Positions 12,183-25,881 of a stretch of DNA of 64,000 bases are shown piece after piece (within the stretch, counting starts at the first letter, position 1; the number at the start of each line of letters is the position of its first letter). The stretch spans positions 56,856,001 to 56,920,000 of the forward strand of contig NW_024704742.1 in NCBI RefSeq assembly GCF_018977255.1, read 5' to 3'. The DNA is from Callorhinchus milii (lineage: Eukaryota). The notes beneath the pieces were generated by a model, which saw only the letters and a list, made by a program, of their open reading frames with translations, ran no database searches and was not told the origin of the DNA. A program made the translations under genes and the position numbers.

Positions 12183-13014
12183 ACAGCAATAAACAGCAAT
12201 AGCAAGGCATCTGGTGTAATGGAATCACAATGTGGGAATGACATCAGGCGATTGTCAATAGGGAATGAAGGGATGCAGAGAAGGATAACACCTAAGACAT
12301 TTTTCTTCTGTTGGGAATAACTGCACAAAAGCAAACTGGTAAAAGCAACTTGGGATAATGTTGCTATTTTCATTAACTAGTCTTGATAGCACCTTTAGAA
12401 ATCCTATTTAATTCAATTTTGTACATGGCTAATGCAACAATACAATGCTGTATGTCTGATGATTGAATCCAGCATTAAGATTTAACACCTTCAGTGGTGT
12501 TATGAATTCTAATGTTATTATTTAAAATCATCATTTAAATTCAATAGGATAAAGTCCACACTGGACAATTTATGCAAAAGACCATTTGTTTTTTTTATTC
12601 CCTAAGTGCTTACTAATTGAGCACTTCTTAAAAGTAAACTCTGGATCAGCCTGTTTAGTATCTAATCTCTCCCCAATTTAGCATGCTGTAAAAGTATTCC
12701 CTCAGTTTGTATTATCCCAGCATTTCCACCCTCATCTTTATTACTTCTCATTAAATGTAATTGCCTTTTTCTTGAAAGTGTGGTGTTCCCCTGGGTGTGG
12801 ACAGCAATCACAGAAACAGCTTGGAACAGCCGAGCTCATTATTAATAACAGCAGCTGGATTCAGCACAACAGGGCGTGGAAATCTTAATAGAAGTGTTTT
12901 AGAAGAGTTTAAAGGAAACTATGTCCCATGGGAGAAGGTTGCAGGTTTGCACAAAAACACTCCTAAAAGGGTATTGCCTTCACATTTGGCAAACGATACT
13001 TCCTCAGAAAGAAT

Positions 13015-13500
13015 GCAAGGTTATATTATCAAATCAGTTGAGTTCAGATCCCTAAAAGTCATGCTAAAACTGTACAGACTAGTCAGGCTGCACCTGGAGT
13101 ATTATGTACATTTCTGGTCACAGTAACATAGGAGCTGCCCAGGCGTTAGGGAAATACAGAGAAGAACAAAGATGATGAGCACCGATGTTAGAGTAATGAA
13201 CTATGAACAACAATTAGACAAATTAGAGCTCTTTACGTTTGAAATGAGATGCTCAGAGGACACCTTATAGAGGTAACCAAAAAAAATGTAATTGAGAAAC
13301 TGGACTCAGAACAATACTTTTAGATGTGCCAAGTAGAACAAGTGGACAGAGGTTTAATGTAGTAAGAGGCAATTTCAGGACAGACACAAGGAAGGTATCA
13401 GAGGGTAATTCATGTCAGGAACAGGTTACTGGGAAAAATGATTGAAGCAAGGAAACAGTGCTGCGATTGGAGAACAATAGGATGTGTATTCTGGAATGAT
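13015..13500 (+). mobile_element. CR1 LINE ORF2 3' fragment
   Basis: VMLKLYRLVRLHLEYYVHFWS motif followed by degenerate CR1 C-terminal sequence. Confidence 0.8.
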
Positions 13501-16500
13501 AAGATGAAATGAGCTAAAGGGCTTTCTTTTTCCCATGTATAGGGGGAATTTTTTAGTATTCCTAGACATAAAACTGTCTTTAATTAAGGAACAAGTTATC
13601 ATAGAATTACATATAGTTACATAGACAGCGTAGAATCACGCCATTAGGCCCAGCTAGTTTGACATGTTTATGTTCCACATGAGTTTCCACCCCATCTTAA
13701 TCCCGTCTCACATAGCCCTCTCTTGCTGTGTGCAAGTTGGCTGCCTTGTTCACTTACAAAAATATACTGGCTCTAAGAGCAACAAGGTCACAATGTGGTA
13801 AACAGTGACAATACATTTGTCAACTTTGAAAGATATTTGGCTCAATTCAGTAAGCGCAGTGAAAATGCAATGTTCCCATAGTACTCCCACAACTAAAGAT
13901 TTCCTGCCCCGAGAAAGTCGAGCATGGTTTATTTCCATTGTTTTATTTTCCATAGTTTAATGAGTGGCTTTCCTCTCCTGTTCAAGTTTTCTCCTCTCCT
14001 GCGTGACGTTGCTCACCATAGCCTCGGAGTGGTTCCATGGGTAATCAACATCCTCTGGCACCACACTCAAACAGCTAATCCTTATGTGTGACCTATTCAA
14101 CCATGGAGTTACAGTCAAGCCAGCACCTATCCTCACCAACACCTACCCCCATGGGTACCTCATGTCAGGGTTCACTGAAAAGTAATAAGGAGCTAGATAT
14201 TATGGCTGCTTAACACCCCACCCCCATCCCACCCATGACATACAGTTCCCACGGCAGCCTTCTGGGGATTGTCTAATTCAATACAGGCCAAGGATTTAAC
14301 CTGGGATCGTCCAAGACTGTATGGTTCAGTTTCACATCGTGTAATAGCTTTTGGCACTGAGTCAATAGGGAGCTGCAGCTTAGATGGTTTTTAATATCTT
14401 ATATCTGTGTCCAATACATGCTCCACTAGGCTCTGAAGGTTTGTCCAGATGGCTGCTATGTGTCACTGAAGCTCCTCTCCAGTTTTGGATCTACTGTAGT
14501 TTGAATGGAATCTTGAGAAGGACTGAGCTACAAGCATATTAGGTAGTCATTTATATATTCTAAAAGTGACTCGCAACTATGAGATAAAGTGTGCGGTGTT
14601 TCATGACACAAGGAGCATATTCTAAAATACTGTCGACTTTATCCCTATAAAATAATCCTTCCATCCCAGGTTAGTTGTCAGGAATGCATTTATCTTTCTA
14701 GCCAATTGATTTGTTTGAAATGCAATGTCTTATGAACATTCAGTAGGCCAGAAGTATCTTTGGTCTGGTTACAAAAAAAATCAGACAATAGTCATTTGAA
14801 GGATATTCTTTTTAATCCTGTGATTAGCTTATATTGACATAAACCTAGGTTGTCTGTATATTGTTATTTCCTAACTTTATAAAGAACTTCCTTCTGCATT
14901 TCCAGATTATACCTTACCCTTCAGTGGGCCTTACGTGACCCTTCAGTGATGTAATTATCTTATGAATGCACTACATGAAACATGAAGCATGCAGCGAAAC
15001 AGTCTCAGTTGAGTAGATCAGGAAACCTGATATTGAACACCATAGAGATTGCCATGCACCTGTCACAAGCACAGATGTCCTCTGGCAGAACTACTGAAAG
15101 AATTGTGAAAGGTATCCTGAACCAAAATGTGGAAGGCTGCTCTGGTATGTAGTTAGGACACTCCTACTTACAAAAGGTCAGATCACCATGGTACAAGAGT
15201 AAATACTTATATTGAGTTGCATGTTTAAGTGGGGGTGATGCAGTGTCCTACACTCCATTCTGGGACATCCCAGCTGAGCTGACATTTGGACTCAGGCTTC
15301 TCCTGGATGGTAGAATGCCAACGTTTTGTCAAGTATACAGTCAATTCACTTTACAGTATATTCTGTGAAGCATTTTGAGAAATCTAGAAGATGTGAAAAG
15401 CGCTATATCAAATGCAAGGATTATTATTATAAGTTGTCAGGGCGACAATGAGCAAGGGAAATGGTTAAGCAATAATAATAATATTCCTTGCATTTGATAT
15501 AGTGCCTTATCACATCTTCGAGAGTCTCAAAGCACTTCACAGAATATACTGTTAAGTGAATTGACTGTGTATTTTGTCGGTGAAAAAATGAATGGTTAAC
15601 CATTGCTTAAACAATGGTTAAGCAATGAAAGGGAATGGAAAATTGCTTAAGGTTCCTTCCAAATTTGCTTGGGCACCTCCTGTCAGCCAAAGTAGAAGTT
15701 GAGCTCTGCTCCGACTGAGTCCATCTCTGAGCCAGGCCAAACTTGGAAAGGCACAAAATGAAAGGGGAAAATAAAAATAACATTTTAAAAAACAATGAGT
15801 TTTTATGATCTGGAATGCACTGCCTGAAAATGTGGTTCAACAATAACTTTCAAAAGTTGAAAAGAAAAAAATTTGCAAGACTGTGGGGAAAGAGTAGGAG
15901 ACTAATTGGGTCTCTCTTTAAAAGAACCGGACCAGGCACAATGGGCTGAATGGCCTCCATCTGTCCTATATGATTCTATGAACACTTTTTTGTGATATTC
16001 AGGATAGATACATTTGGGAACATTTCTTGCATTCCAAGAAAAGGTACTGGACTAAAATTAAAATGATAAATTTATGGAAACCCTCAAATGTTAATCATCA
16101 GCCATCCAAGATTTTGTAACCTGCTGCATAACATGAGTATGTTTTATCCTGTAGATACAGACACTTTTTCTTGATGTACTGCTGTTAAACTTAACACTGC
16201 TGTGTAGAGGGATAATCTGAACAGAATTAAACAAATTCACAGCACAGAAAAGACCATTCAGCTCATTGAGTCTACACTAGCTCTCGGAGCAAGATGTTCC
16301 ATTCTTTCCCACTGCCCTGCCTTAACCCCAACCCAATAATGTAATTAAAGAGCAAGAAAATAATCCTACAGGAAAATTATGGAAAAATATATATTAATGA
16401 ATAAATGTGCAACCTATAGACCTCTCTATCTTCTATGTAAAGAAACAACCTCCTCTTTCAGAATGAATGCCTAATAAATGGCAGAACTGCAAACTGTTTC

Positions 16501-18355
16501 TAAATGAATTTGCAGTCATGACAATGTAGTCATGTGGAACCTCATTTCACGAATTGACCTGAATTATGCTAAAGACAGCTGGCACAAAACTCCTCCCACC
16601 CTCTCCAACTCCCTGTAACATTAAAATTGTGTTTATCAGACTGCACATAATAACTGAGAGAGAGAAGTGCTTGCATTTCAGTTGTTTAACAGTCACCTAA
16701 ACCACAAATAATAATAATCGTAGCAATTGTTATAGTGCCTTATCATGTTGTTGCAACAGCTCAAAACTCTTGAAAGGATATATTGTGAAGCAAAGTGATT
16801 ATGTATTTTGTGGACAAAATAAAAACATAAGGAGAAAAGATGGGAACAGGAGTAAACTATTCAGCCCATTGAACCTGTTCCACCAATTTATTAGATCATG
16901 GCTAATTTGCAACTTCATACCATTTTCCTGTCCTTTTACCATATACCTCTATGCTTCTGTCCACTAAGTAGTCAATTCTACATTTCCACAAGCCTTTGCA
17001 TGAAAAAATGTTTTCTGATTTCTCTCTTAATTTGTTTAGCTTTTTATGGTTTAGAATGTGATCATGCCTCAATATCAATTACTCTGTATGTAATGCCTGG
17101 GATTGCTTTTTTTAAAAAAACATGTGAGAAATTAAAATAATATTCAAAGGTGTATTAATAATCAGCAAGATTTACATTGCAAGAAATAACTTTCCATATT
17201 CAACAGTTTTGACTAAAGTAATTTACTCTGACTGAGGAGGTTTTTGTCAGAGCGAGAGTCTTGATACATGAGTAACAGGTGCTTCTTGGAGTTAGTGCAC
17301 TATACATAGGTACTTAGAGAGGAGTGTTTTCAGATGATATAATGCTAACTGTTAAACATTCAGATGTGTCAATCACAGTTAAAAGCATAAGATGGAAGAT
17401 TTCAGATGCTGAAACAATGAGATCAGACTGCAAGGAGAAATCCAAGTTTCTATCTATGGAGTATGACCAAGTCATTTAAGCTTTAATATACATGTCCTCT
17501 CAGCGATACCTTGTAAGGTATACTTAGAAACTGAGAACTGGGAGCTTAGATGACCTACAAGCTCAGTTTTAATACTTATTTACTGATGACACAGGCAGAT
17601 TATATGTTTTAGAAATTTTGCCCAAATCACTCCTTATTTTACCACATTTCCCCTCTCATATATTATCTTGGTGTAACTTCACCTTCAAAGTTCTCTAACA
17701 ATACAGCACACACCAGACTGACTGGTTTGCGGTGACAGCATGGACCTATATAAGGTTCCAAGTCCCGATGTGGGATGTGGGATTTGAACACACAACATTC
17801 TGACTCAGAGATGAGTGTTCCCACTTTAACTTGTGGACCTTGGTAACTGAACGCTTCACTAAAGTGAACTGTTAACCTGAATTAAATATACGGGATTTAA
17901 AGAGTAATAAAAACACAAAGCATGTATAAATATTGAATCCTGATAGTAACCGTGTATGCATCTGACCAGCTCACAAAACCTCTACTCAAATCAAATAATC
18001 AAATCAAGCAGGTGCAGGGTTCAAAACTGATGTGTGCAACATTTGGTATGTATATGTGCACTTCATCTGAAGTCTGTGTTCTCAAAGGACATCATTAACC
18101 TTTTCAAATATCTGCTTTTAAGCAAGAAAGCTTCTAGGCCTACAACAATTGCAGACAGTTCTCCTGTTCTCAGTCTATTTCAAAATATAAATTATTGGTC
18201 TTGGCTATGAAACCGGCTGCCACTGGATTTGGTCATGTTATTCCTTCTCTCCATGCCCACTGCATCCATGTCTGCAGTCTCTCTTCCCAACCATGTCTGC
18301 AGTCTGTCTATGATTACAGTGGTGAGACATCACCTTGTTGACGAGTATCAACAAG

Positions 18356-18578
18356 ATAATAATAATCCCTCCAAAAAAACCAAAAAACAATAATAAAAAA
18401 AAATTGGGTCATTTTCAATCTACGACTGTTTGTGGGACATTGCTGTGCGCAATTGGCTGCCGCGTTCGCCCACAAATATACAGTCAATTCACTTTACAGT
18501 GTGTTCTGTGAAGCGCTTTGGGACGTCCTCCCGACGTGAAAAGCGCTATATCAAATGCAAGGATTATTATTATTATTA
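18356..18578 (+). mobile_element. 5'-truncated young SINE
   Basis: Body nearly identical to the 25552 copy, with (TTA)n tail. Confidence 0.92.
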
Positions 18579-21500
18579 CTCTAATGAGCCTGGTGTTATG
18601 ATATTAGACAAGTCAAGGGTAAATACTGTTTGGTATTTTATTAGTCGTCAAATAGCAAGCATGCTTGTAGCCTTTTTGTGCAACTATGCTACTCAACAAC
18701 AGTTTAGCCCTCGAGTACATACTTATAGTCTTTTCCTGTTTGTAGTAGATCCGTTTCCTCCCTGTTCCCCAGATATAACACCTGGAAGGAGATTTGACAA
18801 CACATAATTTCCCCAGTCCTGCACTGAAATGGCAGCCAAAACGTGAGGCTCAAACTCACAAATCTCCAGTCCAGAAGTACTGTAAAAGTGCAAACAATAA
18901 GGGCAAGCTGAGAGTCCTAGAAAGAGCAAGCCCAACTCTCTTAAATGTCTCATTGCATCATCGAAACATCTCAAAGAACGTCATAAAATATACTGTAAAG
19001 TGATATGACCGTGTGTATTTTGTGAGTGTTCTGTGGGCATTTTGTCTACTACGATTTTATTATTTGTTATTGTTACTGTTATTATTATCATTATTTAGCT
19101 CTGAGTTATGATCAGTTTAATGAGAGGAGAATCTTACTTCAAACCTATTCTGGAAACCAGTAAGATTTATTAGCAAGTAAATTCATCAGATATAGTCATT
19201 AATGTTGCAATGCATTTGAAAACAAATTTTTAAACTTGTGCTGTATTTTTGCAGACAAAGTCCATACTTGGGCAGAAAAATTGTTGCAGATAACAAGATT
19301 GTATAATATTCATTGTTCACTTGCATAAAAATTGGAATGAGTTTGGGGGAAATAGGATTTTAGTGAGGCTTGAATGATACAGAACAATACATACTGTCGT
19401 TGCAGTCATGAAGAGGTTCAGGATGGTGAAAGTGTTTGTAAATGGGTGGGATGTTGCCATTTCCTGGTGTATCAATTCAATCAATGACAAGTTCCTGGAA
19501 ATATAAGTGTCCCACCAGGAAATAAATGTGACCAAGTTTAAGACAAGCATGTTGAAGTCCCAGTGTGGGGCAATGCAGTGATTGGAGATTGTTTGGGGTT
19601 TCGATTTTTGGCATGTCATTCAGTTTCCAGACTTAATTCAGTTATTGTGAGGAGGTGCGGAGTAAATGTCCTCCACCTCTCCATAATAGATGCATAATCT
19701 AGAGCTAGAAAATATGACATTTCATAACAGATTTGCTGTACTAATTTCACATTGAATCTGTTATAAAATGTAGCACTTTTCATATTCTACTATTCAGAGC
19801 AGTTTCAAAGGATAGAAGATCATCTACTTTCCTCCCATAACTGTACTTAATATATGATATGGAGCAAACATGGGCCAACGTTGCATTTATATAAAATCTC
19901 TTCTGACCTCAAACAATTGTATGCAACGTTGTTTGTAGAACCAGCAACATCAACATCAACAACAACAAATTGCATTTATATAGATAGTTCCATTCATGTC
20001 AGGAGGACATCCGGAAACTACAGTCAGAATGTCTGTCCAAGTGCTGTGAACTTCAAGTAGATTGATGGATGTCTTAGTTGTAAGAGTTTCTTATGCCATT
20101 TGCATTTAAATGATTAAACAGTGGAGTCTTATCAGTCTCAACATGCTGGTTTCCATTTCAAAGCAGCCACATTAACCCGCCATGTCATTTGTTTCCCTTA
20201 AATTAGATGATCCTAACTTTTTTATGAATTGATAGCCTGGTTTAGTTTTTTTTGTGTGTATGTGTGTTCAGCCAAGTTGAGCTTCTTTCTTTATTTGTTA
20301 ATCCCCTAAAATTAACCAAATAGAAATTACTTGGGGGTGGGAAGGGAATTCTCTGTAGAACAAGAAAAATGGAGAAAAGCTTATGTTGAAGGGAAAATGT
20401 ACCAACCAACAACAACAAGATTACATTTGTATAGCGCCTTTCACGTTGGGAGGACGTCCCAAGGCGCTGGACAGAGTACAGCATTTCGACCATCGGAGCT
20501 TTGATGTTTATGTTGGATGGGGGATGCTTCGGTTAAGGATGAGTTTGAGAAGTTAAGCCAGAACCTTCCGTTGTGTTCTTTCACTAAATCTTCATAATAG
20601 TTAGTGCTGACTTATCAATGTTTACTTATCAATAGAAAGTTAATTTTAGGTTAGTATGGAACTCAAAATCACTGCTAGAATCTTCATGACGTTTGCTATT
20701 GAGCTCCTTTCCTTGTTTGTCTTGGGATCTGGAAATGTTTTGCATGCTTCCAGTAACCTTTTCAAATCTCTTCTTTCTATTTGGACTGCAAAGGATTTAA
20801 CATTCTAAAAAGATCATGTGTGGTTTCTCTAATATGAGAACAAAATTTGTGATCATACATTGTTGCTAAGTGAGCTTGATGCTTCTGATTACTTCGAAAT
20901 CCCTTCAAGACCTTGCTCCATCCAACCTCTGTGAACTCCTGGGTCCCTGCTTCCCAGTTGCTCCCTCTGCTCAGCAAACCATCAGACTGCTCCATATCCG
21001 CAGTTTGATCCATGCCCATCATCAGTTGATGAACTTTCAGCCATTTTGCTCTTGCTCTCTGAAACTCCACCCTGGAGTCTCTCTGCCTTAGCCCTTCCTT
21101 CCCTGACTTCAAAATTTACCTTAAGGCCTATCATGATTGGGGTTAGTGAAAGTGACTTGCTCTGTCAAAGAGCCGGGACAGACTCGATGGGCCGAATGGC
21201 CTCCTTCTGTGCTGTAACATTCTATGAATCTATGAAAAAAAATGAATGTGATCTTGTAACAATTTGTGTTAATTTACAAACTATAGCACCTTTCCCCTAG
21301 GATGACCATCTTGAAGTTCTTTACAAAGATGGTGGTGATCGTTGAGGGAAAGGAAGAGCATTGTGTCAGAAGTATAATATTATTCAATGTGTGAAAAGAG
21401 CTGTCTGGCTGGTCTATATAGCTATATTAATCTGAAGACGGTAGTTATTTTTACTTTAAGTCGACACCTAAAATTCTCCAGTGGAAGGACAAGCACACAT

Positions 21501-22440
21501 TTGTTTCTTGAAAGGATGTTGTTTCCCACAATCGGCTAAGCAATTCACGTTCACCCATATATTATCCCATCATTGAAGTTCCCGGATCAGTTCACTATAT
21601 CCGTTCAGATAATTGTATTTTCCTAATTTGTTTTCAAATTGCATACAATGTAATATGTGCTTCTTCCATTTTACCCAATGCAGCAATTTATATGATTTGA
21701 ATAGTTTTTGACGAATTGAGACCAACAAAATAAATTAACTTTTAAAAAAAAGTTTGCATCTGTTGCAGTTTAATGAAGGAATGCTAACATGTTTTTTTCT
21801 CTCTCATTGGTGAGATGCGTGGAGCCCCTGTCTAATAGCAAATTACAATGTTTCTTTTTTGTGGCATTCCCATTTCCATGTTCTGTAAAGAACTGTATTC
21901 TTGTTCTCTTGTCCTTTAGGTGTATGACACACATGTTCTGGTTATACAAGAGCAAAATCCTTGTCACACTCATTTTCATCCTGATACAGAACAATTTATT
22001 TTAATATTAACCCCACCTATTTCTGGTAAATGTTTTGTGCTAATATCAGTTCCTGGCATACAATTTCTTCCTCAGTTACAGAGAAAGACTTCCTGCAACA
22101 GAATTGTGCCAAGTGTCTCAATTAGATCTGAGGCAAGAAATCCCACCCTGTTTTAGCCTTGAAAAGAACTGGTGATGTAGCCAATGATCCTGCTTATGAG
22201 TTTATCATTTATCTCAACCTATTTTATGCAAATATATGTTAGGCTTGCCTACAATAACACAAGACAATGATTACTTTTAAAATGCTTTGAGACAATTTTA
22301 GTGTGCTAAGGTACTACATAAATGTTCTTATCATTTTAGCTTTTATATCTGCATTTTTCTGGTAATAATTCTTGAACCATTTCACATTCCTTTCTATCAA
22401 ATGTTAAAAATTGAATGAATTTCCGCTTTCATTTCTGTAG

Positions 22441-22592
22441 ATAACACCTGGAAGCAAGGCATCACTTGCAAATCTTTCTCCTGGTGACGTTATCTTGGCC
22501 ATTGACGGAGAGAATACTGAGGTTATGACACATGTTGATGCCCAGAATAGAATCAAAGCCTCCTCCAGTCAGTTAAGCCTTAAGATTGACAG
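22441..22592 (+). CDS. PDLIM3: PDLIM3 (ALP) exon 2, PDZ domain
   Basis: ttctgtag acceptor and AG|gttagt donor. Translates [51 protein letters not shown], matching the vertebrate PDLIM3 PDZ as I recall it. Exon 1 (MPQ..PWGFRL) not found in the window. Confidence 0.96.
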
Positions 22593-22735
22593 GTTAGTGC
22601 AACATTGGGTTTCATTTGGCAAATATATTTGATGATTATGTATTAAATATGTCAAATAAGTCAGAGCACGTTTATTGCATTAAATTGGGGAGAAAAAGGA
22701 GAATATTGAGGTCCAGTTCTTTGATTATATAACAG

Positions 22736-22820
22736 GCCTGAAACCAAGCTTTGGTCTCCTCAAGTCACTGAAGATGGCAAGGCACATCCATTCAAGATTA
22801 ATTTGGAGGCGGAACCACAG
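22736..22820 (+). CDS. PDLIM3: PDLIM3 exon 3
   Basis: aacag acceptor and CAG|gtacat donor. [28 protein letters not shown], phase-compatible with exon 2. Confidence 0.96.
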
Positions 22821-25551
22821 GTACATATTTATGTGTCCCTTGAATTCAGTGTCAATTGTTGATTCTAACAGTATAAAGGCATACAGATGCATTGTAATGA
22901 ATAATCGACTTTACAAAGTTTTCTTGAATCAAAACTGTAATAAATTTCAAAGTCTGTTTCTCATGATGTGGATAATTCACAGGGGCTTCAATAAATATGT
23001 TTTAGTTTTTTACTACCACTATATATGTGGAGGAAGAAATTTCACCTGGGTCTAGTTTTACTCTATTTTCCTAACGTTTTAAAGATTCCACAATTTAGTA
23101 AATTCGTAAATATAGCCTTAATTTTAAAGCTGTTTTCCTGTGATTTTTTTAAAAAAACTACAGAAAAATGGCTCAGAGTTGAATTTAATAATTTGTAAAA
23201 TTTTGCATATTCTGAAATGCTAAGAATATAAAATAAATTTAGATTCAGATTGAATTTCTAGCCAGTAAACAAGGTAAATAATTGCTGTATCTTAGAGGTC
23301 ATATGTGTACATCTTCTGAAGCCTGTCCAGCTGATAGTAAATCAGTAAGAGAGAAAACAGTCATCAATAATCAAGCGGAAGGAGTATAAAGGACATTCGT
23401 TAACATCTGAAACTAGGACACAAGGTATCGGTAATGTTGCTGAATTCAAAAGTACAACAAGCCATTGCTGGGCACAGCATATAAATGCTGAGGATTGAAC
23501 TTGAGTGTACATTTTACAAATTCTCCAATAGACTCTACCTTTTCCCCACTCTAACATACTTTTAAACAAAGTGGGATGTAGGTTTGAAACCAAGATTCCA
23601 TAGAGCAAATTAGCAATCTTGAGTCTTCTGTCAATGGGAGTTGCTAAGAGCAAAAAGGTGGTAGTTAACCTGCATCCTACCCTCTCCCCTCCCCCACTTC
23701 AGATGATGCTTATTGGTAGAGATCTGGGACCTGCAGAGAAAAAAATGTACATTTTACATTCTGTACAAAATAACCCTTTCTATTAAAAAACAAGCGAACA
23801 ACCCATTAAGCATTTAATCATTGGCTCCTGCAACAATTTAAATTCTTCTCAGTCCTTACTGCAGATTCCAGCCCAGTTTAACATTGCGTAAACCACAATA
23901 CAACCAGGAATAATGTCTATGTTCGGAATTGGCATCTGTTTTACACTCCTGAATTCCTGTTGCAGGATTAGTGGAATCTGGTGCAGAGTTGAGGATAATG
24001 ATTCCCAATAGGAAAACCATGCACTTACCAATGTCACCCATGGCTGTAAGTCAATTGACTTCAAAACAGGTAGCATGGGGCAACATTTCTTTTCCCACAA
24101 GTCAAGTTCTAAATGCATCAAATTGAGATTTAATGCAGATCTTGACTGGAAGTATTCTACTGAATACCATCTTGCCAAATAGTGGTTTGGTGCAAGTTCA
24201 AGAGCTGGAGTATCTGTCTGCTTGTTTGTCGAGCTGTGTTGTGTTATAAATACGCTAACTGAAGAGTGGTTGTACAAATTAATCTGTTTAAAGAAATGAT
24301 CATGCGTGGCTTCCATTTTGGACAAGCTTCACCAGTCTATGATATCTTATAAAAAGGGCTGAATAGCATTGGTACCATTAGTGAGTTAGCTGCATGTGAT
24401 TTATGGCACCAGTCACATATCTTTGTTTGCTGGGCAACAAAACAAGTAAAATACAGTATACCTAGAAACTCCCCTGCTGCAATGTTCTATTTGTCTTTTT
24501 GACTCATCATGTTGAAATAAATGATGGAAAACAATCCATTTTAAATCGTAAGCTTTTATTTTCTAATTCACAAAAGTGCGATGAATAGGGATGAAGTTAA
24601 ATAACCTGTTGATGTGTTGGTGCAACTTTGTTTTTTGTGCAAAGCTATTCCTGAGTTACTTGCACAGTGTTACTGTACCTTTAAATGTGACAGACTGAGC
24701 ACTTCAAAATAGCAGTGAGGACTGTGAATTCAAGGATGTGTTTCATTTCACTATGTTGTGTATACTGTATAGAGCATAATGAACACCTATAATCATATAA
24801 TCCATAAATTGCACAGTTTCGGATTTTAATAAGATTAAGACAAAACCAAAGCTTACAAAGCTCAACTATTACAACCGTTCACATTGTATCATCATTTTAT
24901 TCTCTTATGTATTTGGATGCATCTACCATTTAGCTTCACTGATAATATATTTGGGGTCAGACCTGTCCTGTAACAAAATCTGATGTAATTATTTTTACAG
25001 CTCTATAGTATGTTCAGAATCTGGAGAGTAATGTTATTGAAATATAATAGCTGAAATATAATCATTTCTTTGACACTTGGCTTCCCAGTCAATATTCATG
25101 TAGGCTTCAATGGGCAGATAGCTGCAGGCATATGTTTATAAAGATAGCAATTGTTTAGAAATGAAGAAACATCTTAAAATTTCTCAACATGACTGCATGG
25201 CTGCAGTCAGATATAGAAACCTGCCATATTTTTGTATTATTAAATGCAGTACATTAACCATCAGATCATCACACATTTAGTGTGAAATAATTCTGCATTT
25301 TTGCATTTCTTTCCTGCTTTTTAGCACTTATAATGTGCGCTTAAGTCTAACAGTGCAACAATATCAAAGGTGTGCCTTAGTATTTTTCTTCAAATGTCGC
25401 AATTTCTTCCTGAATGGAAATGAGTGACTGACAAAGCATGAATGCTGCCCCTCACTTACTGCATAATGCCACATTTGATGCCTTAAGCGCACTTGGAAGG
25501 GAGACGTTCTCTTCCTTGAATCTCTCTGCTCTGCTCCATTGCATCCATAGT

Positions 25552-25881
25552 GGAGTCCTGTAGCTCAGTGGTTAGAGCACTCGCTTTGCAAGCGAGAGAC
25601 CTGAGTTCAATTCCAGGCAGGGCGAAACCTTGGGCAAGTTTCCTTACTCCACACGCCTAATAATAATCCCTCCAAAACCAAAAACAATAATAAATTGGTC
25701 ATTTTCAATCTACAACTGTTTGTGGGACATTGCTGTGCGCAATTGGCTGCCGCGTTCGCCCACAAATATACAGTCAATTCACTTTACAGTGTGTTCTGTG
25801 AAGCGCTTTGGGACGTCCTCCCGACGTGAAAAGCGCTATATCAAATGCAAGGATTATTATTATTATTATTATTATTATTAT
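25552..25881 (+). mobile_element. Full-length young tRNA(Ala-like)-derived SINE
   Basis: A box TAGCTCAGTGG, B box GAGTTCAATTCC, CTCGC-TTTGCAA-GCGAG stem-loop, L2-like 3' end and (TTA)n tail. Confidence 0.95.

Noticed and set aside
18430..18807. Recurrent ORF WDIAVRNWLPRSPTNIQSIHF...YYYY (also 25630, 44910, 60801)
   Set aside because: Translation of the SINE body and its TTA tail, not a gene family.
1..22440. PDLIM3 exon 1 within the window
   Set aside because: No PWGFRL-coding sequence was found by eye on +. Near-hits at about 9247 (GAPWS) and 19594 (WGFD) do not extend. Exon 1 is probably upstream of position 1.
23849..24325. 158-aa antisense ORF in PDLIM3 intron 3
   Set aside because: No ATG start, recognisable domain or splice context. 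It is consistent with a chance open frame.
25552..25627. tRNA-Ala gene (also at 38820, 45590, 51274, 61070, 12110)
   Set aside because: Each head continues into a multi-copy SINE body with a (TTA)n tail and lacks a nearby poly-T terminator, so these are SINE heads.
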